The position numbers were made by a program, and so were the translations under genes. A stretch of DNA of 64,000 nt. Source: Bacilli bacterium (GTDB lineage: Bacteria > Bacillota_I > Bacilli_A > RF39 > UBA660). The notes under the pieces were generated by a model, which ran no database searches, was not told where the DNA came from, and was given only the letters and a program-made list of their open reading frames with translations. Shown here in pieces: positions 42,227 through 51,186 of this stretch. The DNA is taken from contig JAFZKH010000009.1 of NCBI GenBank assembly GCA_017553685.1, forward strand, positions 36,945 to 100,944, in the 5' to 3' direction. The first letter of the stretch is position 1; the number at the start of each line of letters is the position of its first letter.

Positions 42227-43240
42227 ATGAAAAAATATATAATTGGAATTATGTTTTGTTTAGTTCACTTCATACTAGAAGTAACTTGTTTTTATACATT
42301 AGCAGCTTATACAAGTAGTAATTTATTTCCAATAATAGCTTTAATGTATGATTTATTTGCTTTTGTTCCACAAGGTTTAATCGGAGCATTTAGTGACAAA
42401 TTTAGAAAAGTACATATAGGTATTATTGGTTTAGTTTTAACTTTATTTGCTCTTATAAGTTTAAAGTTTAATTTACCAGTATATGTAATATTTACATTAC
42501 TTACTATTGGTAATGCATTAGTACATGTAGAAGGAGCAGAAAGTACACTTAGAACTTCTGAAGGAAAAATGTTTCCGAGTGCTCTATTTGTAGCAGGAGG
42601 AGCCTTTGGTATTATTACAGGTAAATTATTATTTCAAAATAATATAAGTGTAGAGTTTATTATGCTTGCAAATGTAATTGCTTTATTAATAGCAATAATT
42701 GCATATAGATTTAGAAAAGATGAAGATAATAAATTAGAAGAATATAACTATGATAATACTAAAATTAATACTGCTATACTAATAATACTTGCAGTATTTG
42801 TAGTAGCAGTTAGATCATATTCTAGTTATGGTATACCTACAGGATGGAATAAGACTACTCTTCAAACAATATTATTATTCTGTTTTATGGGTATAGGTAA
42901 AGCTTTAGGAGGTCTATTAATAGATAAAACAAATATTAAAGTTACATCTATTGTAAGTACTGTTTTAGCTCTACCTTTCCTATTATTTGGTAATCATAAT
43001 ATGTATCTATCATTAATTGGAATAATGTTATTTAGTATGACTATGCCAGTAACATTAGCAATATTAGTTTCTAGATTAAAAAAGAGTCCTGGTATAGCAT
43101 TTGGATTAACTACTATAGGACTATTTATAGGTTGTTTACCTGCTTTCTTATTTACAATTGATTCACTGCTTATAAATGGTATAGTATTTACTATTCTTAC
43201 AATTCTTTGTACAATAATATTAGTAAAGATAGAAAAATAA
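42227..43240 (+). CDS. MFS-like multi-pass membrane protein
   Basis: ~11-12 TMs, GAFSDKF and GLLIDKT loop motifs. Confidence 0.7.
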   Translation: MKKYIIGIMFCLVHFILEVTCFYTLAAYTSSNLFPIIALMYDLFAFVPQGLIGAFSDKFRKVHIGIIGLVLTLFALISLKFNLPVYVIFTLLTIGNALVHVEGAESTLRTSEGKMFPSALFVAGGAFGIITGKLLFQNNISVEFIMLANVIALLIAIIAYRFRKDEDNKLEEYNYDNTKINTAILIILAVFVVAVRSYSSYGIPTGWNKTTLQTILLFCFMGIGKALGGLLIDKTNIKVTSIVSTVLALPFLLFGNHNMYLSLIGIMLFSMTMPVTLAILVSRLKKSPGIAFGLTTIGLFIGCLPAFLFTIDSLLINGIVFTILTILCTIILVKIEK

Positions 43241-43252
43241 GGAGGTATATAT

Positions 43253-43420
43253 ATGTTTAGATTTTTAGATGTTATTGACCCAGATTTTCCAAGAAATACA
43301 CCTACTGTTAATAATGGGGATCCTAAAACATTAATTATTATAATTACATCTGTGGTTGTAGTTTTAGTAATTGCAGTTTTAGTTACATTACTAATTAGAA
43401 AAAATATTAAAAAGAAATAG
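43253..43420 (+). CDS. 55-aa single-pass membrane peptide 1
   Basis: Hand-translated MFRFLDVIDPDFPRNTPTVNNGDPKTLIIIITSVVVVLVIAVLVTLLIRKNIKKK, RBS GGAGGT. Confidence 0.85.
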   Translation: MFRFLDVIDPDFPRNTPTVNNGDPKTLIIIITSVVVVLVIAVLVTLLIRKNIKKK

Positions 43421-43429
43421 GAGGATAAT

Positions 43430-43555
43430 ATGTTTTTAGATATAGCAAGACCATCTGATACTCCTACTACTTTAGCTATTATAATAGCTGTTGCAATAGT
43501 ATTAGTAATAGGAGCATTAGTAACTCTAATCATAAAATTAAAACATGCTAAATAG
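43430..43555 (+). CDS. 41-aa single-pass membrane peptide 2
   Basis: Hand-translated MFLDIARPSDTPTTLAIIIAVAIVLVIGALVTLIIKLKHAK, RBS GGAGG, stop overlaps the next start. Confidence 0.85.
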   Translation: MFLDIARPSDTPTTLAIIIAVAIVLVIGALVTLIIKLKHAK

Positions 43556-43895
43556 TATATTACAAAGTTTATTATTAACTTTATTAATTGAATTATTTAT
43601 ATCTTTAGTACTAGGTATAAGAGGAAAAGATTTACTAAGAATAACACTTATAAATATATTAACTAATGTACCATTAAATATATTAGTTAGTTTATTATAT
43701 ACTGTTATAGATAATAATATTGTCTTTTATGTAATAGTACCTGTATTAGAAGTATTAATAGTATTAATTGAAGGAACATACTTTAAAAAACTTAATAAGA
43801 GTATTATAGGTCCATATAAATTATCTTTATTATTAAATGGATTTTCTTATAGTTTTTGTTTTGTATGTTTATTATTAGAAAAAATAATAAAATAA
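43545..43895 (+). CDS. 4-TM hypothetical membrane protein with repeated E...N motifs
   Basis: LTLLIE..LINILTNVPLN and EVLIVLIEG..LLNGFSY. Confidence 0.75.
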   Translation: MLNSILQSLLLTLLIELFISLVLGIRGKDLLRITLINILTNVPLNILVSLLYTVIDNNIVFYVIVPVLEVLIVLIEGTYFKKLNKSIIGPYKLSLLLNGFSYSFCFVCLLLEKIIK

Positions 43896-43920
43896 AAAAT
43901 ACATCGTTTGATGTATTTTT
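43895..43920. terminator. Bidirectional terminator (copy 2)
   Basis: aaaaatacatc-gttt-gatgtattttt. Confidence 0.8.
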
Positions 43921-44239
43921 ATTTTTTTAAATCATCTATATATTTTTCTAATGTTTTAGCATTAGGTCCAAGTATTATCTTTAATTGATTATCTATTTCT
44001 ACTATACCTTTAGCACCCATCTTTTGAATACCTTCTTTATTAACAATAGATACATCTCTTAAAGTTACTTTAAATCTAGACATATTAACTTCCATACTAA
44101 TAATATTGTCTTTTCCACCTAGATAATCTACTAACTTATTAGCTTCTACATGGAAATCTTTTTTAGTAGCTTTTAATACTATTAATAATATAAATATAAG
44201 TATAAAACCTATAATTAAATATTGCATCCAATATTGCAT
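43919..44239 (-). CDS. Stand-alone membrane-anchored PTS EIIB-like domain lacking the catalytic Cys
   Basis: LGGKDNI..NMSRFKV..GAKGIV..IILG. Confidence 0.8.
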   Translation of the reverse strand: MQYWMQYLIIGFILIFILLIVLKATKKDFHVEANKLVDYLGGKDNIISMEVNMSRFKVTLRDVSIVNKEGIQKMGAKGIVEIDNQLKIILGPNAKTLEKYIDDLKK

Positions 44240-44278
44240 ATTTTATCACCTAAATAAATTATACACTATAGAATACTT

Positions 44279-44755
44279 TTAGTAAACTATTTTATCTTTA
44301 TCTTCTTCATATCTTTTAAAGACTTCTAAAGCATCTTCTCTATTCATAGATTTTAATTTTAATACAGAATTATCCTCTATATTATTAGTTAATTTTTCTA
44401 AATAATCATATATAAAATCATCTCTAAATCCTATATTTGCTGCATCTTCTTTTGTATTGGCATAATATACCTTTTTAATATTAGACCATATAATAGCAGA
44501 TAAACACATAGGGCATGGATAACATGATGTATATATTTCACAACCTGTTAAATCATGAGTACCTAATTCTTTACAAGCATTTCTAATAGCAATTATCTCA
44601 GCATGTGCAGTAGGATCATTATCCTTTATTACTCTATTTATTCCTTTACCTATTATCTTTCCATCTTTAACTACGCAGGCTCCAAAAGGACCTCCATAAT
44701 TCTTATCAAAATTATCATCTGATAAATCAATTGCAACATCCATAAATTCGTTCAT
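44279..44755 (-). CDS. Nucleoside/guanine deaminase (GuaD-like)
   Basis: GGPFGA, DPTAHAE, PCPMC. Confidence 0.9.
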   Translation of the reverse strand: MNEFMDVAIDLSDDNFDKNYGGPFGACVVKDGKIIGKGINRVIKDNDPTAHAEIIAIRNACKELGTHDLTGCEIYTSCYPCPMCLSAIIWSNIKKVYYANTKEDAANIGFRDDFIYDYLEKLTNNIEDNSVLKLKSMNREDALEVFKRYEEDKDKIVY

Positions 44756-44830
44756 TATTATCACCTATAATAATTATAACATGTATATAAAAAATAAAAA
44801 AAGAACCATACGGTTCTTTTACATTTCAAA

Positions 44831-44906
44831 TGGTGGACCCTAGGGGGTTCGAACTCCTGACCTTCTCGGTGCAAGCGAGATGCTCTACCAGCTGAGCTAA
44901 GGGCCC
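44831..44906 (-). tRNA. tRNA-Ala (TGC)
   Basis: G3:U70 acceptor pair, loop CTTGCAC, CCA end. Confidence 0.96.
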
Positions 44907-44986
44907 ATTTCAAATAAGCAAATAAATTATAACATAACACTTTTTTATATGTCAACATATTTATAAAAAAAATAAAGGTATAACCT

Positions 44987-45256
44987 TTATTCTTCTTCGT
45001 CTTCTAAACTTTCTACTATTTTAGCTAATCTATTGAATTCTTCTTCAGATTCAATACTAATTAGTTCATCTCCATCTTCATGTGGAATTAATTGTAGAAT
45101 ATAAGCTTCTTCTTCATTATCCATGTTGTCTGCTACTACATATGATTTTCCACCATCTTCAAATAGTCTAACTATTTTAACTTTTACTTTTTCTCCGTCT
45201 TCAGCTTCCATCTCTATTTCTAGAGGATCTTGATTTGTATAAATATCTTGTTCCAT
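44987..45256 (-). CDS. DUF1292 family acidic protein
   Basis: Acidic, ending ELISIESEEEFNRL. Confidence 0.75.
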   Translation of the reverse strand: MEQDIYTNQDPLEIEMEAEDGEKVKVKIVRLFEDGGKSYVVADNMDNEEEAYILQLIPHEDGDELISIESEEEFNRLAKIVESLEDEEE

Positions 45257-45340
45257 GACATATCTCCTTTCTTATATTTTATCAAAGTATTTATTTAAAT
45301 ACAATTTTAATTACATTTAGTATACATAAAAGGAATACTA

Positions 45341-45841
45341 TTAGTATTCCTCGTCTTTATACATTACTATTTCACCTTTTTTAATAGTTTCTTTTATATC
45401 TATTACTCTTTGATTAGAGGATCCTCTCCATCTTAGTTTAGGTGAAAATAATTCAGTTTTAAATTGTCCATCTACAAGAACATCTATATAATTAAATACT
45501 TCTTTATTTTTAATACCTTCATAGGTAAATCCAGTCCAAACCCAAAGACTTTTATTAGGAAACTTCTTTTTAAACTCTTTTGCAAGTTTAGTTGTTCCCT
45601 CTATATTTATTTCATGCATTGGTTCACCACCTAAAATAGATAAACCTGTTACATGATCATAATCACATAGTTTTAATATTTCTTTAATAGTATCATCTGT
45701 GAATTCATTACCACATTTAAAATCCCACGTTTCAGGATTAAAACAATCTTTGCAATGAAATTCACATCCTTGAACAAATATGGATACTCTGACACCAGGA
45801 CCATTAGATATATCCATTTTTCTAATTAAATTATATCTCAT
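45341..45841 (-). CDS. nrdG: Anaerobic RNR activating radical SAM protein
   Basis: NGPGVRVSIFVQGCEFHCKDCFN, LGGEP, RGSSNQR. Confidence 0.96.
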   Translation of the reverse strand: MRYNLIRKMDISNGPGVRVSIFVQGCEFHCKDCFNPETWDFKCGNEFTDDTIKEILKLCDYDHVTGLSILGGEPMHEINIEGTTKLAKEFKKKFPNKSLWVWTGFTYEGIKNKEVFNYIDVLVDGQFKTELFSPKLRWRGSSNQRVIDIKETIKKGEIVMYKDEEY

Positions 45842-48027
45842 GCTTCTTTATTATCTATGTGCATTACTCTGTCTTTAATTTCTTGAGTTCTTCCTCTATT
45901 CCAGAAGTTATTTCCTATATAACCACAAGTTCTTCTAGCAACATTTAGTTTAGAATGATCTCTATTACCACATTGTGGACAATACCATTCTAAGTTTTCA
46001 TCTATTAATATTTCTCCAGTATAACCACATTCCCCGCAATAATCAGATTTAGTATTTAGTTCTGCATACATGATATTATCATATATAAAACTAATTACAT
46101 CCATTACTACATCTAAGTTATTTTCAAGATTTGGAGTTTCAATATATGATATAGCTCCTCCTGGAGATAATGCCTGAAATTCACTTTCAAGTTTTAATTT
46201 AGTAAATGCATCTATTTCTTCAAATACAGGTACATGATATGAATTAGTTACATAATCTCTATCTGTAATACCTTTAATCTTACCAAATCTTTCTCTTAAA
46301 CATTTAGCAAATTTATATGTAGTAGATTCAATAGGAGTTCCATATACAGAATAATCTATATCTTCTTCCTCTCTCCACTTTTTACATAAATCATTCATAT
46401 GCTTCATAACTTTTAGACCAAACTCTTTACCTTCACCATTATCAGTATGAGAATGACCTGTCATATATTTAACACACTCATATAAACCAGCATATCCAAG
46501 AGATATAGTTGAATATCCATGATGTAATAATTCATGAATAGATTCACCTTTTTCAAGTCTTGCTAGTGCTCCATGTTGCCAAAGTATTGGTGCTACATCA
46601 GATGTTGCTCTAGATAATCTTTTATGTCTTATTTGAAGTGCTCTATGGCATAGTTCTAGTCTTTCATCAAATATTTTCCAAAATAAATCCATATCTTTTC
46701 CAGAAGATAAAGCTACATCTGGTAAATTAATAGTAACAACTCCTTGATTAAATCTACCATAGTATTTACCTTTACCCTCTTTATAGTTCTTAGCTTTAGC
46801 TATATTACCTAAACTAATAGATCTATCAGGTGTAAGAAATGATCTACATCCCATACAAGGATAACAATCTCCTTCACCGTATTCATTTTTCTTAAGTTCC
46901 TTCATTATCTTTTCTGATATATAATCAGGTACCATTCTTTTAGCAGTACATTTAGCTGCTAATTTAGTTAAATAATAATATTTACTATCTGGATGAATAT
47001 TATCTTCTTCTAGTACATATAATAATTTAGGAAATGCAGGAGTAATATATACACCTTGTTCATTTTTCATACCAAGTAATCTTTGATTTAAGAACTCCTC
47101 TATTATCATAGCAAGTTCTTCTTTATATTCATCAGTTTCTCCTAAATACATATTTACACTTAGGAATGGTATTTGACCATTTATATTATCCATAGAGTTA
47201 ACTTGATATTGGAAAGTTTGTACACCATCAGATATTTCTTTTTTAGTATCTTCTTTAGCAAACTTTTCACAGTCTTCTTTAGAAAGTCCTCTATCTTTAT
47301 ATTTCTTTAAATATTTTTTATAACTTAATCTAACAAATGGAGCTAGATGTGTTAAAGAAATAGTACATCCTCCATATTGGCTACCTGTAACTACTAATAT
47401 AATTTGAGTAGCTATAGTCATAGCAGTTAAGAATTTATGTGGTTTTTCAATCATTATTCCATTTAATACTGTTCCATTTTGAAGCATATCATCTAAGTTA
47501 ATTAAATCACAGTTATGAAGAGCATTTTGTGCAAAGTAATCTGCATCATGGAAATGAATAATACCTTCATCATGAGCTTTTACTATATCTTCTGTTAAAA
47601 GGAATCTTCTTGTGATATCTGTTGATGTAACACCTGCTAAGTAATCTCTTTGAGTAGTAACTACCATAGCATTCTTATGGGAGTTTTCAGTATTCCAATA
47701 CTCATTCTCACCATTAATTAATTCTTTAATAGATTTATCTGTTGTATTACTTCTTCTTACTAATTCTCTTGTATATCTATATGTAATATATGCTTTAGCT
47801 AAAGGATACTTACCTAAAGCCATTAATCTCATTTCTATAATATCTTGAATGTCTTCTACTAACATTCTTTTCTTTTTAAGACCTTCAATATATTTAATAA
47901 TATTTTTAATTTGTGCTTCAGTTACTCTATCTTCTTCAGGAACATCAGCATTAGCTTTACTAATAGCTATTTCAATTTTCTCTGGGCAATAATCAACAAT
48001 ATGTCCGTCTCTTTTAATTATCTTCAT
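45838..48027 (-). CDS. nrdD: Class III anaerobic ribonucleoside-triphosphate reductase
   Basis: ATP-cone, PCMGCRS, YGTPIES, CPQCG, RRTCGY. Confidence 0.96.
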   Translation of the reverse strand: MKIIKRDGHIVDYCPEKIEIAISKANADVPEEDRVTEAQIKNIIKYIEGLKKKRMLVEDIQDIIEMRLMALGKYPLAKAYITYRYTRELVRRSNTTDKSIKELINGENEYWNTENSHKNAMVVTTQRDYLAGVTSTDITRRFLLTEDIVKAHDEGIIHFHDADYFAQNALHNCDLINLDDMLQNGTVLNGIMIEKPHKFLTAMTIATQIILVVTGSQYGGCTISLTHLAPFVRLSYKKYLKKYKDRGLSKEDCEKFAKEDTKKEISDGVQTFQYQVNSMDNINGQIPFLSVNMYLGETDEYKEELAMIIEEFLNQRLLGMKNEQGVYITPAFPKLLYVLEEDNIHPDSKYYYLTKLAAKCTAKRMVPDYISEKIMKELKKNEYGEGDCYPCMGCRSFLTPDRSISLGNIAKAKNYKEGKGKYYGRFNQGVVTINLPDVALSSGKDMDLFWKIFDERLELCHRALQIRHKRLSRATSDVAPILWQHGALARLEKGESIHELLHHGYSTISLGYAGLYECVKYMTGHSHTDNGEGKEFGLKVMKHMNDLCKKWREEEDIDYSVYGTPIESTTYKFAKCLRERFGKIKGITDRDYVTNSYHVPVFEEIDAFTKLKLESEFQALSPGGAISYIETPNLENNLDVVMDVISFIYDNIMYAELNTKSDYCGECGYTGEILIDENLEWYCPQCGNRDHSKLNVARRTCGYIGNNFWNRGRTQEIKDRVMHIDNKEA

Positions 48028-48080
48028 AGTTATCCTCCCCACATTATAATTATTTTACCATAATTCATATTTAGACATTA

Positions 48081-48096
48081 TGTTGCAGTTGCAACA
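48081..48096. promoter_or_regulatory. CRP/FNR-family (HcpR-like) operator
   Basis: Perfect TGTTGC-N4-GCAACA between the divergent nrdD and Crp-family genes. Confidence 0.7.
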
Positions 48097-48138
48097 AATA
48101 TAAAAATATGATAAAATTTTACATAGGAGTTGACGAAC

Positions 48139-48768
48139 ATGGTAAAACCTTTTGATAATATTTCTGAAAAAAATAAATATAAGTTATTTCAAGCATTTCA
48201 TACTCATATTATGTCTTATAATAAGGGTGAAGACTTATCTAAGATGTTAATGGATAGAAATTCACTTGGTATTATTATAACTGGATATGTACAAATAATT
48301 AAAAAGAACCTTAATGGTACTAGTTTAATAATAGATGAATTATATGAAGATGATATTTTAAGTATTAAAACTATATATGTACAAGACTCTGAATATGAAG
48401 TATTAGTTAAAGAAGAAACTAAAATAGTATTCTTTGATTTAGAACAACTACAAAACTTTGAAGAAAACTCTAAACAATATTATAATCAGTTTATTAAGAA
48501 TTTATTCTTAATTATTAATGATAAACTAAATGAAAAGAACGAAAGAATACAAATACTAACTAAAAAAACAATTAGAAATAGATTACTTGAATACTTCAAT
48601 ATGGCTAAAACTAAGAGTGGATCAAATAATATATATTTACCATTTAGTTTTATGGCCTTAGCAGATTATCTTGGAGTAGATAGATCTGCTATGAGTAGAG
48701 AACTAAGTTATCTAAAAGATGAAGGTTTTATTGAAATAAAGGGTAAAAGAATTAAATTAACATTTTAA
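48139..48768 (+). CDS. Crp/Fnr family transcriptional regulator
   Basis: cNMP-like domain and HTH LADYLGVDRSAMSRELS. Confidence 0.92.
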   Translation: MVKPFDNISEKNKYKLFQAFHTHIMSYNKGEDLSKMLMDRNSLGIIITGYVQIIKKNLNGTSLIIDELYEDDILSIKTIYVQDSEYEVLVKEETKIVFFDLEQLQNFEENSKQYYNQFIKNLFLIINDKLNEKNERIQILTKKTIRNRLLEYFNMAKTKSGSNNIYLPFSFMALADYLGVDRSAMSRELSYLKDEGFIEIKGKRIKLTF

Positions 48769-48776
48769 AAAAAGGA

Positions 48777-49787
48777 TCAAATTGATCCTTTTTTATTTAT
48801 ATAATCTTTTATCTCTTCTTTAGTATTATCATCATTTATTAATTCGATATATTTATCAAATTTAGCATAAAGTAAATATCTAGTAGCTTCTTCCTTAGAG
48901 AATCCTCTAGTTTCTAAATAGAATAATTCTTCTTCATTTATCTTACCATTAGATACTCCATGAGAACCTATTACATCTTCCTCATGACAAAGTATCATAG
49001 GAAGTGATGATGATATAGCATCATCAGATAAAGATATAACATTTTCATATACTCTACCTATAGATTTTTTAGAACCTTCTACAAAATCTATTGTTCCCTT
49101 AAATGATTTCTTAGACTTATCTTTCGTGCATCCAAGTACATTTATAGAACTATAAGAATCTATCCCTTTATGTTTAATATGATAATTCATATCTAATATA
49201 TCTTCATTCTTGGTAATATACATATTATTAATACTTTCTTTTATATTAGGTTCATTGTCATGGTTTTCATAATTATATATTCTAAGTTCACCACATAAAT
49301 CAAATAAATTGTATGTAGTATATGAATTACTACTAGATGTCTTATTAAAGGATACTAAAGAATTACCTTCATTCATATTAATATAATTAATAGTTAATTT
49401 ACTATTTTTACCAGTGTAAGAATTAATTACTAACATATTATATTTATTACCCTTGGTTTTAATAATTACATCAGCATTAACATTATCTTTAGTTCCTATT
49501 TTAATAGAAAGCATTACATCATTAGAATCATATTCAAGTATTAAAGGCTTATCTAATGATTCGCTTATGTTAATAGTAGCATCACAAGCATCTGGTAAAA
49601 TAATACCTAAATTACTTTTTACATTTAAACCGTACTTATATTGAATAATAGTTTTATTACTATCTAAATTAGTTACTTTAAATTCTTTAAAGTTAGATTT
49701 AGTAGGTAATTCTAAATCTAATTTAATATCATTAATTCTAAAGTTATTAGAAGTCCTAACAGGAGACTCATTTAATATATATTTCAT
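48777..49787 (-). CDS. sufD: SufD-like Fe-S assembly protein
   Basis: PMILCHEEDVIGSHG, LFYLETRG. Confidence 0.85.
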   Translation of the reverse strand: MKYILNESPVRTSNNFRINDIKLDLELPTKSNFKEFKVTNLDSNKTIIQYKYGLNVKSNLGIILPDACDATINISESLDKPLILEYDSNDVMLSIKIGTKDNVNADVIIKTKGNKYNMLVINSYTGKNSKLTINYINMNEGNSLVSFNKTSSSNSYTTYNLFDLCGELRIYNYENHDNEPNIKESINNMYITKNEDILDMNYHIKHKGIDSYSSINVLGCTKDKSKKSFKGTIDFVEGSKKSIGRVYENVISLSDDAISSSLPMILCHEEDVIGSHGVSNGKINEEELFYLETRGFSKEEATRYLLYAKFDKYIELINDDNTKEEIKDYINKKGSI

Positions 49788-51178
49788 CCTATTGCCCCCT
49801 CTAATTCTAAATCTATTAATCTATTCATTTCTACTGCATATTCCACAGGGAAACTCTTTGATATTGGTTCTGCAAAACCTCTAACTATTAAAGATTTAGC
49901 TTCTTCTTCAGAAAAACCTCTAGACATAATATAGAATATTTCTTCATCAGATAGTTTACCTACTGATGCTTCATGAGAATATGTTACATCTTTGTTTTCA
50001 ATTCTATCTACAGGAATAGTATCACTTCTAGATTCACTGTCTAACATAAGTGATGCACAGTCAAATACTACTTTAGAGTTTTTAGCATTCTTTTTAATCC
50101 ATGTATTAGATCTAAATGTACATATACCACCATCTTTAGAAATAGATTTAGAATTAACTACAGTAGATGTATTTTCTGCATTATGAATTACTTTAATACC
50201 TGTATCTAAGTTTTGCCCTTTACCTGCAAAAGATATACCAGTAAATTCGCATTTAGCTCCTTTACCATTTAATATATTCATAGGATAAAGCATAGATATT
50301 TTAGATCCAAAAGAACCCATTACCCACTCTATAGTTCCATTCTCTTCTACATAACATTTTTTAGTATTTAAGTTATACATATTCTTAGACCAATTTTCAA
50401 TAGTTGAAAATCTAAGAAATGCATTCTTTTTAACAAATAGTTCTACACATCCAGCATGTAAGTTATTAGCATTATATCCAGGAGCAGAACATCCTTCTAT
50501 AAACTCTAAAGAAGCATCTTCATCTACAATAATTAATGTGTGTTCAAATTGTCCACTTCCTTTAGAGTTTAATCTAAAATATGATTGAAGTGGAAATTCT
50601 AGTTTTACTCCTTTTGGAATATATACAAAAGAACCTCCAGAGAATAAAGCATAGTGTAAAGATATATATTTATGGTCTCTTATTGGAACTGCTTTAGTAA
50701 AGTATTCTTTTATTAATTCAGGATACTTTTTAATAGCACTATCAAAGTCTAAATATATAGCACCTGTTCCTTCTAATTTATGATTAACATTATGATAAAC
50801 TACTTCACTATCAAATTGAGCAGAGGCTCCTGATAATGATTTTTTCTCTGCTTCAGGTATACCTAATTTATCAAATATATTTTTAATATCTTCAGGTACA
50901 TCTTCCCACTTATCAGACATATTAGTTTTAGGTTTAACATATGTAGTTATCTTAGATAAATCTAAATCTGATAAATCAGGTCCCCATGTTGGATCTTCTA
51001 ATTCATTAAAGAACTTTAATGCTTTTAATCTTATATCTAGAATCCAATCAGGTTCTCCTTTTAATCTAGATAACTCTCTAATAGTATCTTCATTTAAACC
51101 TGTCAATGTTGTTTCTATAGGACTATCAGTAACTATGTCATAAATATTATTGTTTTTTAATTCAATATTTGTTTTCAT
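49784..51178 (-). CDS. sufB: Fe-S cluster assembly protein SufB
   Basis: GQFEHTLI, IEGCSAP, HEASVG, FPVEYAVE. Confidence 0.96.
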   Translation of the reverse strand: MKTNIELKNNNIYDIVTDSPIETTLTGLNEDTIRELSRLKGEPDWILDIRLKALKFFNELEDPTWGPDLSDLDLSKITTYVKPKTNMSDKWEDVPEDIKNIFDKLGIPEAEKKSLSGASAQFDSEVVYHNVNHKLEGTGAIYLDFDSAIKKYPELIKEYFTKAVPIRDHKYISLHYALFSGGSFVYIPKGVKLEFPLQSYFRLNSKGSGQFEHTLIIVDEDASLEFIEGCSAPGYNANNLHAGCVELFVKKNAFLRFSTIENWSKNMYNLNTKKCYVEENGTIEWVMGSFGSKISMLYPMNILNGKGAKCEFTGISFAGKGQNLDTGIKVIHNAENTSTVVNSKSISKDGGICTFRSNTWIKKNAKNSKVVFDCASLMLDSESRSDTIPVDRIENKDVTYSHEASVGKLSDEEIFYIMSRGFSEEEAKSLIVRGFAEPISKSFPVEYAVEMNRLIDLELEGAIG

Positions 51179-51186
51179 ATTACCTC

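Noticed and set aside
42994-43533. 179-aa minus-strand ORF
   Set aside because: It is the antisense shadow of the MFS 3' end and the two micropeptides, which have proper RBSs and TM logic.
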